A stretch of 64,000 nt of DNA, taken from the NCBI GenBank assembly GCA_049322875.1, contig JBMOQM010000056.1, positions 5,997 to 69,996 on the forward strand, in the 5' to 3' direction. Shown here one piece after another: positions 45,921 through 55,292 of this stretch. The first letter of the stretch is position 1. Each line of letters begins with the position of its first letter. Both the position numbers and the translations under genes were made by a program. The DNA is from Pseudomonadota bacterium (GTDB lineage Bacteria > Pseudomonadota > Gammaproteobacteria > Burkholderiales > Burkholderiaceae_C). The notes under the pieces were generated by a model. The model saw only the letters and a program-made list of their open reading frames with translations. It did no database searches and was not told where the DNA came from.

Positions 45921-48509
45921 ATGTCTGAGCCCTCGCTGCCGCCGCTGTCCTGGTCGGTCGATCCCGACGCCCCGGGCGACCTGTCCCCCCTCTCTATGGA
46001 GGGAGAGTCCGCCACGTCGATGGCGGTCGAGGAGGACGATGCCGGTGACGCGTTCCGCTGGCCCACCCCCCCGTTTGCCACCTACCCTGCGCCCACGCCA
46101 CAGCGCGAGCACGAGGCCTGCGAGTTCGAAGGGCTCAATGGCAAGCTGATGAAGGGCCGGCTGGTCTTCTTCGAGCCCGAGGAAAACCTGGCCCAGGTGC
46201 AGGTGCCTCCCGCACGCACCACGATGCCGCTGCGCTTCAGCCAGTTCCGCACGCTGTTGCTCACGCGCCCCTGCAAGCCCACCGTGCATTCGGACGATGC
46301 GGATCCGCACGCGCCCATGCTCGAGCAGCGCCCCATCTCCGATTTCGTGGTGCACCTCAAGGCCGGTGGCGAGATGGAAGGCACCACCATCGGCCATGTC
46401 GAGAAGGATTTCGGCCTGTTCCTGTTCCCGCCCATGGACGGCCAGGGCTCGGTCAGCCGCCTGTTTGTGCCGCGCGAGGCCTACAGCGGCTTCGAAGTCG
46501 GCCCCCGCATCGGCGAGGTGCTGGTGTCCAGTCAGGCGATCACGCCAGCGCAGGTGGAGCAGGCCGTCGAGGTGCAGCAGCAGATGCGCAACCAGAAGCT
46601 GGGTGACATCCTGCTGACCAAGCACGTGGTGTCGGCTGACCAGTTGCTGATGGCCATCGAGCAGCAAAGCCGCATGCCCATGGTGCGCATCGGCGAGGCG
46701 CTCACGGCACTGGGCCTGATCACCGATGCGCAACTGTCCGAGGCGCTGGAAGAACAGAAGCGTGACCGCAGCGTACCCCTGGGTGAACTGCTGGTGCGCC
46801 TGCAGATGGTGTCCCGGCAGGATCTGCTCACGGCCTTGGCCCGCAAGATGGGCTATCCGCTGGTCGACGTGCAGAAGTTCCCCATCGAGCCCGAGGCGCT
46901 GCGCAAGGTGCCTTACAACGTCGCCTCCCGCCTGGAGGCGCTGCCGCTGTTGCTGCGCGAATCCAGCCTGATCGTGGCCGTGGAGGATCCCAGCCGCCGC
47001 CTGACGCTGTCGGAGCTGGAGTTCATCGCCCAGTGCAAGATCGTGCCGGTGCTGGGCCAGCCCGCCCACATCCAGTGGGCCCTTCAGGATGCCTACGGCA
47101 AGATCGGCGCGGACATGTCCACGGGCATGTTCACCAAGATGTCGGGCAGCGCGTCGATGCCGCTGGAGCTGGACCCTGAAGATTCCAACTCCCTGGTCGC
47201 CAACCTCGAGAAGGAGGGCATCGATGCCGTCAACCTCGAGGAAGACAAGTCCATCGAGCAGAGCGACAACTCGTTGGTGCGCCTGATCAACACCATGATC
47301 GTCGAGGCCCACCAGCAGGGCGTGTCCGACATCCACATCGAGAGCTATCCGGGCCGCGAGAAGATCAAGATCCGCTTTCGCAAGGACGGCGCGCTGGTGC
47401 CCTACCTGGAGCTGCCGCACAACTACCGCAGCGCCGTGATCGCCCGCATCAAGATCATGTGCGATCTGGACATCTCCGAGCGCCGCAAGCCGCAGGACGG
47501 CAAGATCAACTTCGCGCGCTTTGTGCCGCAGTACAAGATCGAGCTGCGCGTGGCCACCATCCCCACCAACAACGGGATGGAGGATGTGGTGATGCGGATC
47601 CTGGCCTCGGCCAAGCCGCTGCCGCTGGACAAGATCGGCCTGAGCCCCTGGAATCTGGCCAAGCTCAAGGAGGCCATGGAGCGCCCCTATGGCCTGGTGC
47701 TGTGCGTGGGCCCGACCGGTTCCGGCAAGACCACCACGCTGCACTCGGCGCTGAGCTTCATCAACGTGCCCGAGCGCAAGATCTGGACGGCCGAAGACCC
47801 GGTCGAAATCACCCAGCCTGGGCTGCGCCAGGTGCAGATCAACCCCAAGATCGAGTGGACCTTCGCCAAGGCGCTGCGGGCCTTCCTGCGGGCCGACCCC
47901 GACGTCATCATGGTCGGCGAAATGCGCGATGGCGAGACCGCCAGCATGGGTGTCGAAGCCTCGCTCACGGGCCACTTGGTGCTCTCCACCCTGCACACGA
48001 ACAGTGCACCGGAGACGGTCACCCGTCTGCTCGACATGGGCATGGACCCGTTCAACTTCGCCGATTCACTGCTGGTGGTGCTGGCCCAGCGCCTGGTGCG
48101 CCGCCTGTGCACCCAGTGCCGCGTGAGCGAGCCGGCCACCGAAGAGCAGGTCGAGGAGCTGCTGGCCGATTACCTGCACGTTTGCCCCAAGGACGACGCG
48201 AGATTCACGCCCGATGTCATCCGAAACGACTGGTTGACGCGTTTCGGTAGAGAAGGGCGCCTGCTTCGCCACACCAACACGGGCTGCGCGCACTGCAACC
48301 AGACCGGTTACAAAGGCCGTGCGGGCATCCACGAACTGATGGCGGTGAGCCGCGATCTGCGTCGTTTGGTGCAGACCGGCGCACGGGCGGAGGAGTTGCA
48401 GCGCCAGGCTTTGGCCGATGGCATGCGCACACTTCGGCAAGACGGCATCGAAAAGGTGCTGGCGGGCCTGACGAGCATGGAAGAGGTGCGTTCGACCAGC
48501 AATGCCTGA
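45921..48509 (+). CDS. GspE/PilB/MshE-family secretion ATPase with an extended N-terminus and four MshEN-like repeats
   Basis: LDISERRKPQDG, Walker A GPTGSGKTT, AEDPVE, Walker B DPDVIMVGEMRD, His box GHLVLSTLHTN, CxxC..CxxC zinc motif; AAGGAG RBS. Confidence 0.92.
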   Translation: MSEPSLPPLSWSVDPDAPGDLSPLSMEGESATSMAVEEDDAGDAFRWPTPPFATYPAPTPQREHEACEFEGLNGKLMKGRLVFFEPEENLAQVQVPPARTTMPLRFSQFRTLLLTRPCKPTVHSDDADPHAPMLEQRPISDFVVHLKAGGEMEGTTIGHVEKDFGLFLFPPMDGQGSVSRLFVPREAYSGFEVGPRIGEVLVSSQAITPAQVEQAVEVQQQMRNQKLGDILLTKHVVSADQLLMAIEQQSRMPMVRIGEALTALGLITDAQLSEALEEQKRDRSVPLGELLVRLQMVSRQDLLTALARKMGYPLVDVQKFPIEPEALRKVPYNVASRLEALPLLLRESSLIVAVEDPSRRLTLSELEFIAQCKIVPVLGQPAHIQWALQDAYGKIGADMSTGMFTKMSGSASMPLELDPEDSNSLVANLEKEGIDAVNLEEDKSIEQSDNSLVRLINTMIVEAHQQGVSDIHIESYPGREKIKIRFRKDGALVPYLELPHNYRSAVIARIKIMCDLDISERRKPQDGKINFARFVPQYKIELRVATIPTNNGMEDVVMRILASAKPLPLDKIGLSPWNLAKLKEAMERPYGLVLCVGPTGSGKTTTLHSALSFINVPERKIWTAEDPVEITQPGLRQVQINPKIEWTFAKALRAFLRADPDVIMVGEMRDGETASMGVEASLTGHLVLSTLHTNSAPETVTRLLDMGMDPFNFADSLLVVLAQRLVRRLCTQCRVSEPATEEQVEELLADYLHVCPKDDARFTPDVIRNDWLTRFGREGRLLRHTNTGCAHCNQTGYKGRAGIHELMAVSRDLRRLVQTGARAEELQRQALADGMRTLRQDGIEKVLAGLTSMEEVRSTSNA

Positions 48510-48684
48510 GGCTGGTGCGCGGCAGGTGATTTCGGCAACATTGCGCTCTGGAAGGGTTTGTTGCGCGGGCACAGCACCCGCAAGGCGAAAAAGGTGCAAG
48601 ATAGGCACCAACAAGTCACGGATCAAAAGGTGGAAACCCAGGTTTCTCCCCGATTGAACCAACCGCGATTTGATCGATCTTTGA

Positions 48685-48700
48685 TGGACATGACGATGCA
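48685..48700 (+). promoter_or_regulatory. Weak candidate sigma54 promoter for prkA-yeaH-spoVR
   Basis: TGGACATGACGATGCA fits GG-N10-GC, but the -24 element deviates from TGGCAC. Confidence 0.3.
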
Positions 48701-48783
48701 CGGTTTGTGCGTCTCACCAGCGCGGATCTGGCGGGGGCATCCCAGTGCATCGACTCTCTCGTGACGATGGACCGGAGGTATGC

Positions 48784-50706
48784 ATGGACGTGATCAGCAA
48801 CTTCGCCGCCCGCTATGAGCGCACACGCGAAGAAGAGTACTCCCTCGAGGAATACCTCGAGATCTGCAAGCGCGACAAGACGGCCTTTGCCAGCGCCGCC
48901 GAGCGCATGCTGCAGGCCATCGGTGAGCCGCAGATGGTCGACACGCGCAACGATCCGCGCCTGTCGCGCATCTTCACCAACAAGGTCATCAAGATCTACC
49001 CGGCCTTCGAAGAGTTCTTCGGCATGGAAGACGCCATCGAGCAGGTGGTGAGCTACTTCCGGCATGCCGCGCAGGGCCTGGAAGAAAAGAAACAGATCCT
49101 GTACCTGCTGGGCCCGGTGGGCGGCGGCAAGTCGTCCATCGCCGAGCGCCTGAAGCTGCTGGCCGAGAAAGTGCCGTTCTACGCGATCAAGGGATCGCCC
49201 GTGAACGAATCACCGCTGGGCCTGTTCGACCCGACAGAAGACGGTCCGATCCTGGAGAAGGAATACGGGATCCCGCGCCGTTACCTGCAGCGCATCCTGA
49301 GCCCCTGGGCTGTCAAGCGCCTCGAAGAGTTCGGTGGCGACATCCGCCAGTTCCGCGTCGTCAAGCGCTACCCCAGCATCCTCAAGCAGGTCGGCATCGC
49401 CAAGACCGAGCCGGGTGACGAGAACAACCAGGACATCTCCAGCCTGGTCGGCAAGGTCGACATCCGCAAGCTCGAGACCTACGCGCAGGACGACCCGGAT
49501 GCGTACAGCTACTCCGGCGGCCTGTGCCTGGCCAACCAGGGCCTGCTCGAGTTCGTGGAAATGTTCAAGGCGCCGATCAAGGTGCTGCACCCGCTGCTCA
49601 CGGCCACCCAGGAAGGCAACTTCAAGGGTACCGAAGGCTTTGGTGCGATCCCCTTTGATGGCGTCGTGCTGGCCCACTCGAACGAGAGCGAGTGGAAGGC
49701 CTTCCGCAACAACAAGAACAACGAGGCCTTCCTCGACCGGATCTACATCGTCAAGGTGCCGTACTGCCTGCGCGCGAGTGAAGAGATCAAGATTTACGAG
49801 AAGCTGGTGCGCGGCTCGTCGCTGAGCCAGGCGCCGTGCGCCCCGGGCACGCTCAAGATGATGAGCCAGTTCGCCATCCTCACGCGCCTGAAGGAGCCCG
49901 AGAACTCCAGCATCTTCAGCAAGATGCAGGTCTACGACGGCGAGAACCTGAAGGACACGGATCCCAAGGCCAAGTCCATCCAGGAGTACCGTGATTACGC
50001 GGGCGTGGATGAAGGCATGAGCGGCATCTCCACCCGCTTCGCCTTCAAGATCATCTCCAAGGTGTTCAACTTTGACAGCGCAGAGGTGGCGGCCAACCCC
50101 GTGCACCTGATGTACGTGCTGGAGCAGCAGATCGAGCGCGAGCAGTTCCCGGCCGAGCTGGAGCAGAAGTACATCGCTTACATCAAGGAGATGCTGGCGC
50201 CGCGCTATGCCGAGTTCATCGGCAAGGAGATCCAGACGGCCTACCTGGAAAGCTATTCCGAGTACGGCCAGAACATCTTCGACCGCTACGTGACCTACGC
50301 CGACTACTGGATCCAGGACCAGGAGTACCGCGACACGGACACCGGCGAGATCTTCGACCGCAGCTCGCTCAACGCCGAGCTCGAGAAGATCGAGAAGCCG
50401 GCCGGCATCGCCAACCCGAAGGATTTCCGCAACGAGATCGTCAACTTCGTGCTGCGCGCCCGGGCCAACAACGGCGGCAAGAACCCGCTGTGGACCAGCT
50501 ACGAAAAGCTGCGCACGGTGATCGAAAAGAAGATGTTCAGCAACACCGAAGAGCTGTTGCCGGTCATCAGCTTCAACGCCAAGGCCAGCGCCGACGAGGT
50601 CAAGAAGCACGAGGACTTCGTCAACCGCATGGTCCAGAAGGGCTACACGGCCAAGCAGGTGCGCCTGCTGTGCGAGTGGTACCTGCGTGTGCGGAAATCG
50701 TCATGA
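48784..50706 (+). CDS. prkA: PrkA/YeaG AAA+ serine protein kinase
   Basis: GGAGG RBS; YLLGPVGGGKSS, TEPGDENNQDISSLVGKVDIR, ANQGLLEFVEMFKAPIK, EAFLDR. Confidence 0.95.
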   Translation: MDVISNFAARYERTREEEYSLEEYLEICKRDKTAFASAAERMLQAIGEPQMVDTRNDPRLSRIFTNKVIKIYPAFEEFFGMEDAIEQVVSYFRHAAQGLEEKKQILYLLGPVGGGKSSIAERLKLLAEKVPFYAIKGSPVNESPLGLFDPTEDGPILEKEYGIPRRYLQRILSPWAVKRLEEFGGDIRQFRVVKRYPSILKQVGIAKTEPGDENNQDISSLVGKVDIRKLETYAQDDPDAYSYSGGLCLANQGLLEFVEMFKAPIKVLHPLLTATQEGNFKGTEGFGAIPFDGVVLAHSNESEWKAFRNNKNNEAFLDRIYIVKVPYCLRASEEIKIYEKLVRGSSLSQAPCAPGTLKMMSQFAILTRLKEPENSSIFSKMQVYDGENLKDTDPKAKSIQEYRDYAGVDEGMSGISTRFAFKIISKVFNFDSAEVAANPVHLMYVLEQQIEREQFPAELEQKYIAYIKEMLAPRYAEFIGKEIQTAYLESYSEYGQNIFDRYVTYADYWIQDQEYRDTDTGEIFDRSSLNAELEKIEKPAGIANPKDFRNEIVNFVLRARANNGGKNPLWTSYEKLRTVIEKKMFSNTEELLPVISFNAKASADEVKKHEDFVNRMVQKGYTAKQVRLLCEWYLRVRKSS

Positions 50707-50841
50707 CCTAGATCGGAGACCTATGCGGCAAGCTGCAGCAGAGCAGACGACAAGCCCCTTCGGGGGCCGTCCCCAGCGAGGCCGGCACTGTGGTGTGATG
50801 CACGTGCCAGGCCCCGGGTTTGTCACGGGGAGGACGCGCAC

Positions 50842-52143
50842 ATGACCATGCAGCACATCATCGACCGGCGGCTGGCGGGCAAGAACAAGTCCATCGGCAA
50901 CCGCGAGCGCTTCCTGCGCCGCTACAAGGTGCAGGTGCGCGAGGCGGTGCAGCGCGCCATCAACGGCCGCAGCATCCGCGACATCGAGAAGGGCGAGGAC
51001 ATCACCATCCCCAAGCGGGACTTGTCCGAGCCGGTCTTTGGCCACGGCCAGGGCGGTATCCGCGACATGGTGCACCCCGGCAACCGCGAGTACGTGCGCG
51101 GCGACCGCATCGAGCGGCCGCAAGGCGGCGGCGGGCAGGGCGGTGGTGGCAGCCAGGCCAGCGACGATGGCGAAGGCGAGGACGATTTCGTCTTCTCGCT
51201 GAGCAAGGAAGAGTTCATGCAGGTCTTCTTCGAGGACCTGGCCTTGCCCAACCTGGTGCGCACCGCGCTGGCCGAGGTGCCGGAGTGGAAGAGCCAGCGC
51301 GCCGGCTTCTCCAGCGACGGCACGCCCAACAACCTGCACGTGGTGCGCTCGATGCGCGGTGCCCTGGGCCGCCGGATCGCGCTGGGTGCTTCCTCACGCC
51401 ATGAGATCCGCGAGCTGGAAGAGCGGCTGGCCGAGCTGCGTGGCATCACCGAATCCGGTGACGCGGCGCTGCTGCGCAAGCATGCCGAGGAGATGGAGCA
51501 GATCGAGGCCCGCCTGCAGCACCTGCGCGGCCGCATGCTGGGCATCCCCTTCCTGGACCCGATCGACCTGCGTTTCCGCAGCCGCATCAAGGTGCCGGTG
51601 CCCACCACCAAGGCCGTGATGTTCTGCGTGATGGACGTGTCCGGCTCGATGGACGAGCAGCGCAAGGAGCTGTCCAAGCGCTTCTTCATCCTGCTGTATT
51701 TGTTCCTGACGCGGCACTACGACCACATCGAGCTGGTCTTCATCCGCCACCATACGCAGGCCCAGGAGGTGACGGAAGACGAGTTCTTCCACGCCACCGA
51801 AACCGGCGGCACCGTGGTGTCCAGCGCGCTGGTGCTGCTCGATGAAGTGATCCAGGCCCGCTACCCGACCAGCGAGTGGAACCTGTACGTGGCCCAGGCC
51901 AGCGATGGCGACAACTGGCACCACGATTCCAGCCGCTGCAGCCAGATCCTGGAAGACAAGATCCTGCCGCTGGTGCGCTACTACGCCTACGTGCAGGTGG
52001 CGCAGACCGAGCAGAACCTGTGGGACGAGTACCTGGCCCTGGGTGAGCGCCACAAGCACTTCGCGATGCGCAAGGTGCTCGATGCTGCCCAGATCTACCC
52101 GGTGTTCCGCGAGCTGTTCAAGAAGGAAGGGGTGGAAGCATGA
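50842..52143 (+). CDS. yeaH: YeaH/YhbH (DUF444) vWA-domain protein
   Basis: IIDRR..KNKS..NRERFLRR, HPGNREY, MIDAS-like DVSGSM, FIRHHT, TGGT.VSSAL, ASDGDNW. Confidence 0.93.
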   Translation: MTMQHIIDRRLAGKNKSIGNRERFLRRYKVQVREAVQRAINGRSIRDIEKGEDITIPKRDLSEPVFGHGQGGIRDMVHPGNREYVRGDRIERPQGGGGQGGGGSQASDDGEGEDDFVFSLSKEEFMQVFFEDLALPNLVRTALAEVPEWKSQRAGFSSDGTPNNLHVVRSMRGALGRRIALGASSRHEIRELEERLAELRGITESGDAALLRKHAEEMEQIEARLQHLRGRMLGIPFLDPIDLRFRSRIKVPVPTTKAVMFCVMDVSGSMDEQRKELSKRFFILLYLFLTRHYDHIELVFIRHHTQAQEVTEDEFFHATETGGTVVSSALVLLDEVIQARYPTSEWNLYVAQASDGDNWHHDSSRCSQILEDKILPLVRYYAYVQVAQTEQNLWDEYLALGERHKHFAMRKVLDAAQIYPVFRELFKKEGVEA

Positions 52144-53687
52144 ATGCCGAAACCAAGCAAAGCCACCAGTTGCCCGGCCCCTCCGACTGGACCTTCGAGC
52201 TGATCCATGACTACCACACGGTGATCCGCCAGACGGCCGAGAGCTTCAAGCTGGACACCTACCCGAACCAGCTCGAGATCATCACCGCCGAGCAGATGAT
52301 GGACGCCTACGCCAGCGTGGGCATGCCGGTGAACTACCGGCACTGGTCCTACGGCAAGGAATTCATCGCCACGGAGAAGAACTACCGCCGTGGCTACATG
52401 GGCCTGGCCTACGAGATCGTCATCAACTCCAATCCCTGCATCAGCTACCTGATGGAGGAGAACACCATGGCCATGCAGGCCCTGGTGATCGCGCATGCGG
52501 CTTACGGCCACAACAGCTTCTTCAAGGGCAATTACCTGTTCCGCATGTGGACGGACGCGGGCTCCATCATCGACTACCTGGTCTACGCCAAGAACTACGT
52601 GGCCCAGTGCGAGGAGCGCTATGGCATCGACTTGGTCGAAGAAACGCTCGATTCCTGTCACGCGCTGATGAACCATGGCGTGGACCGCTACCGCCGCCCC
52701 AGCAAGCTCTCGCTTGACAAGGAACTGGCCCGCCGCGAAGAGCGCGAGGCCTACCTGCAGCAGCAGGTCAATGACCTGTGGCGTACCTTGCCGCGTCGGG
52801 TGGACCGGCCTGAAGAGGAAGCCGTGCGTCGCTTCCCCGCCGAGCCACAAGAGAACCTGCTGTACTTCATCGAGAAGCACGCGCCCTTGCTGGAGCCCTG
52901 GCAGCGCGAGATCGTGCGCATCGTGCGCAAGGTGGCGCAGTACTTCTACCCGCAGCGCCAGACGCAGGTAATGAACGAGGGGTGGGCCACCTTCTGGCAC
53001 TACACCCTGCTCAACACCATGTACGAGCAAGGTCACCTGGCCGACGGGATCATGCTGGAGTGGCTGCAGTCGCACACCAACGTGGTGTTCCAGCCGCCGG
53101 TGGGGCACCGGGCGTACAGCGGCCTCAACCCGTATGCGCTGGGCTTCGCGATGTACACGGACCTCAAGCGCATCTGCGAGAAACCCACGGACGAAGACCG
53201 CCACTGGTTCCCCGACTTCGCCGGCTCCGCCGAAGGCGCGGCCCCGGGCGATCACGCGTGGCTCAAGACCCTGGATTACGCCATGCGCAATTTCAAGGAC
53301 GAGAGCTTCGTGGGGCAGTTCCTGTCGCCCAAGGTGATGCGTGATTTCCGCCTCTTCGCCATCCACGATGACGAGGACGATTCCGAGCTGGAGGTCTCTG
53401 CCATCCATGACGAGGCCGGCTACCGCAACCTGCGCGAGGCCCTGTCACGCCAGTACGACCTGGGATCGCGCGAGCCCAACATCCAGGTGTGGAGCGTGAA
53501 CCTGCGCGGCGACCGCTCACTCACGCTGAGGCACACCCAGCACAACAACCGCCCCCTGGCCGATGGCACCCGCGAGGTGCTCAAGCATGTGGCGCGGCTG
53601 TGGGGCTTCCCGGTGCACATGGAAAGCGTGGATCCGCAGGGCCACGTGCGCCAGCAGTGGACGGTGGTGCCCTCGACGATGGACTGA
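52140..53687 (+). CDS. spoVR: SpoVR/YcgB family protein
   Basis: GMPVNY.HWSYGK, LAYEIVINSNPCI, HAAYGHNSFFK, QTQVMNEGWATFWHY, NPYALGF, NFKDESF. Confidence 0.94.
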   Translation: MNAETKQSHQLPGPSDWTFELIHDYHTVIRQTAESFKLDTYPNQLEIITAEQMMDAYASVGMPVNYRHWSYGKEFIATEKNYRRGYMGLAYEIVINSNPCISYLMEENTMAMQALVIAHAAYGHNSFFKGNYLFRMWTDAGSIIDYLVYAKNYVAQCEERYGIDLVEETLDSCHALMNHGVDRYRRPSKLSLDKELARREEREAYLQQQVNDLWRTLPRRVDRPEEEAVRRFPAEPQENLLYFIEKHAPLLEPWQREIVRIVRKVAQYFYPQRQTQVMNEGWATFWHYTLLNTMYEQGHLADGIMLEWLQSHTNVVFQPPVGHRAYSGLNPYALGFAMYTDLKRICEKPTDEDRHWFPDFAGSAEGAAPGDHAWLKTLDYAMRNFKDESFVGQFLSPKVMRDFRLFAIHDDEDDSELEVSAIHDEAGYRNLREALSRQYDLGSREPNIQVWSVNLRGDRSLTLRHTQHNNRPLADGTREVLKHVARLWGFPVHMESVDPQGHVRQQWTVVPSTMD

Positions 53688-53715
53688 GCCGCGCCCAGGC
53701 CCTTCATCCACCGCC

Positions 53716-53745
53716 AAAGCGACCTTCGGGTCGCTTTTTCTTTTC
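53716..53745 (+). terminator. Intrinsic terminator after spoVR
   Basis: AAAGCGACC-TTCG-GGTCGCTTT followed by TTCTTTTC. Confidence 0.85.
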
Positions 53746-53842
53746 AAACACGCGTGATGTGGGTTTGTCCGTGCGTTTTAAACATGGAATACCGCTGTGG
53801 GTACGTGGTCTTTTCACCAGATGGACGTTACAACCGAAATCC

Positions 53843-53869
53843 TAAAGTCTCCATCAGATGTGACGAAGA
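53843..53869 (+). promoter_or_regulatory. Candidate sigma28 (FliA) promoter for the porin/mini-PBP pair
   Basis: TAAAGTCT-N11-GACGAAGA versus consensus TAAAGTTT-N11-GCCGATAA (7/8 and 5/8 matches, exact spacing). Confidence 0.42.
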
Positions 53870-53981
53870 GTGAGCGCGCTGCGCAATTTTCGCTTTTTCA
53901 CAGCGTTGGCAATTCTGCTGCCGGGATGTTGTCCTGCCCGCGGGGTTGCACTTTCATGGTTTAACAAGGAGAAACCCCTCA

Positions 53982-55274
53982 ATGGTGCTGAGCAGACTCA
54001 CAAAGGTCGGCATGGCGGTGTCCACGCTGATCCTGGCCTGTGCACAGGCCCATGCCGACAGTTCGGCGTTCCGCTTCTCGGGCTTCGGCACGGTTGGTGG
54101 CGTGGTCACCGACAACGGCGACGTCGAGTTCGCCACCCCGGGGCAGCCCTCCGGTGCCAAGAAGTCACTGGACCTGGGCGTGGATTCGCGCATCGGTGTG
54201 CAGGCTTCCTACCAGCTCAACGACATGTTCTCGGGCACCGTGCAGGTGATCTCGAAGCACAACGGCAAGGGCAACTACAACCCGAACGTGGAATGGGCCT
54301 TCGTGAAGGCGCAGATCACCCCGTCGGTGGGCCTGCGTGCCGGCCGCATCGGCGCCCCGTATTTCATGATCTCGGACTACCGTGACGTGAACTACGCCAA
54401 CCTGTGGGTGCGTCCGCCCCTGGAAACCTATGGCCAGGTGCCCGTGAGCAACGTCACCGGCGCGGACCTGATTGTGACCCACGCCATGGGGCCGGCCAAT
54501 GTGTCGGCGCAACTGTGGGGTGGCCTGTCGCGCGCCACGCTGGAGCGCAATACGGACGTCACCATTCGCAATCAAGTGGGCCTGAGCCTGTCGGCGGAGT
54601 TCGACAACGGTCTGACGCTGCGAGCCGGCCACTCCGCCGGCAAGGTGTCGATCAGCAGCCCCAGCCTGCGCACGCTTCAGGCTGGCAGCAGCGCCGTGGC
54701 GACGGCGGTCAACGGTGGCGCATTCGGCGGTGGTGCCGCGGCCGCCTACGGCCCGTCGATGAGCGCGACCGTGGATGAGCTGGACCTCAGCGGCCGCAGC
54801 GCCACGTTCTCCGGCATCGGCGCGAGCTGGGAACTGGGCAACTGGCAGTTGAACGGCGAGTACACCCGCCGTCACATCGATGGCTACCTGGGCTCCTCGA
54901 CCGGCTGGTATGCCTCTGCAGGCTACCGCCTGGGCAAGGTGACGCCTTTCGCCTACGTCTCGGGTCTGAAGGTGTCCGGGGTGGCGTCGAACGGCTTTGC
55001 ATCGGGTGCCGCCGCGCTGGGTGGCTTCAGCCCGCAGCTGACGGCTGTTTCCAATGGCGTGAACACGGTGTTCAGCGATGCACGAACCGGTGGCCAGCGT
55101 TCGGTGGCCCTGGGTGCTCGCTGGGATGCCTGGAAGAGCGCGTCGCTCAAGGCCCAGCTGGAGCACATCACGCCCAAGGATGGCGGCGTGGGCCTGTTCG
55201 TGGCCAATCCCGGCTCATCCCTCAATGGCGACAGCGTGAACGTGCTGAGCGTCAGTGTCGACTTCGTGTTCTAA
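53982..55274 (+). CDS. Uncharacterised outer-membrane porin-like beta-barrel
   Basis: AAGGAG RBS; signal peptide ending AHA; FSGFGT, DSRIGVQ, VEWAFV, RAGRI..P.FMISDY..VNYA..WVRPP.E.Y; terminal DFVF. Confidence 0.8.
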   Translation: MVLSRLTKVGMAVSTLILACAQAHADSSAFRFSGFGTVGGVVTDNGDVEFATPGQPSGAKKSLDLGVDSRIGVQASYQLNDMFSGTVQVISKHNGKGNYNPNVEWAFVKAQITPSVGLRAGRIGAPYFMISDYRDVNYANLWVRPPLETYGQVPVSNVTGADLIVTHAMGPANVSAQLWGGLSRATLERNTDVTIRNQVGLSLSAEFDNGLTLRAGHSAGKVSISSPSLRTLQAGSSAVATAVNGGAFGGGAAAAYGPSMSATVDELDLSGRSATFSGIGASWELGNWQLNGEYTRRHIDGYLGSSTGWYASAGYRLGKVTPFAYVSGLKVSGVASNGFASGAAALGGFSPQLTAVSNGVNTVFSDARTGGQRSVALGARWDAWKSASLKAQLEHITPKDGGVGLFVANPGSSLNGDSVNVLSVSVDFVF

Positions 55275-55292
55275 CAAGGGGAGATCGACACC

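Noticed and set aside
48593-48609. GGTGC-N7-GCACC dyad upstream of prkA as an NtrC site
   Set aside because: The half-sites are in the opposite orientation to the NtrC consensus (GCAC-N7-GTGC); too weak to call.
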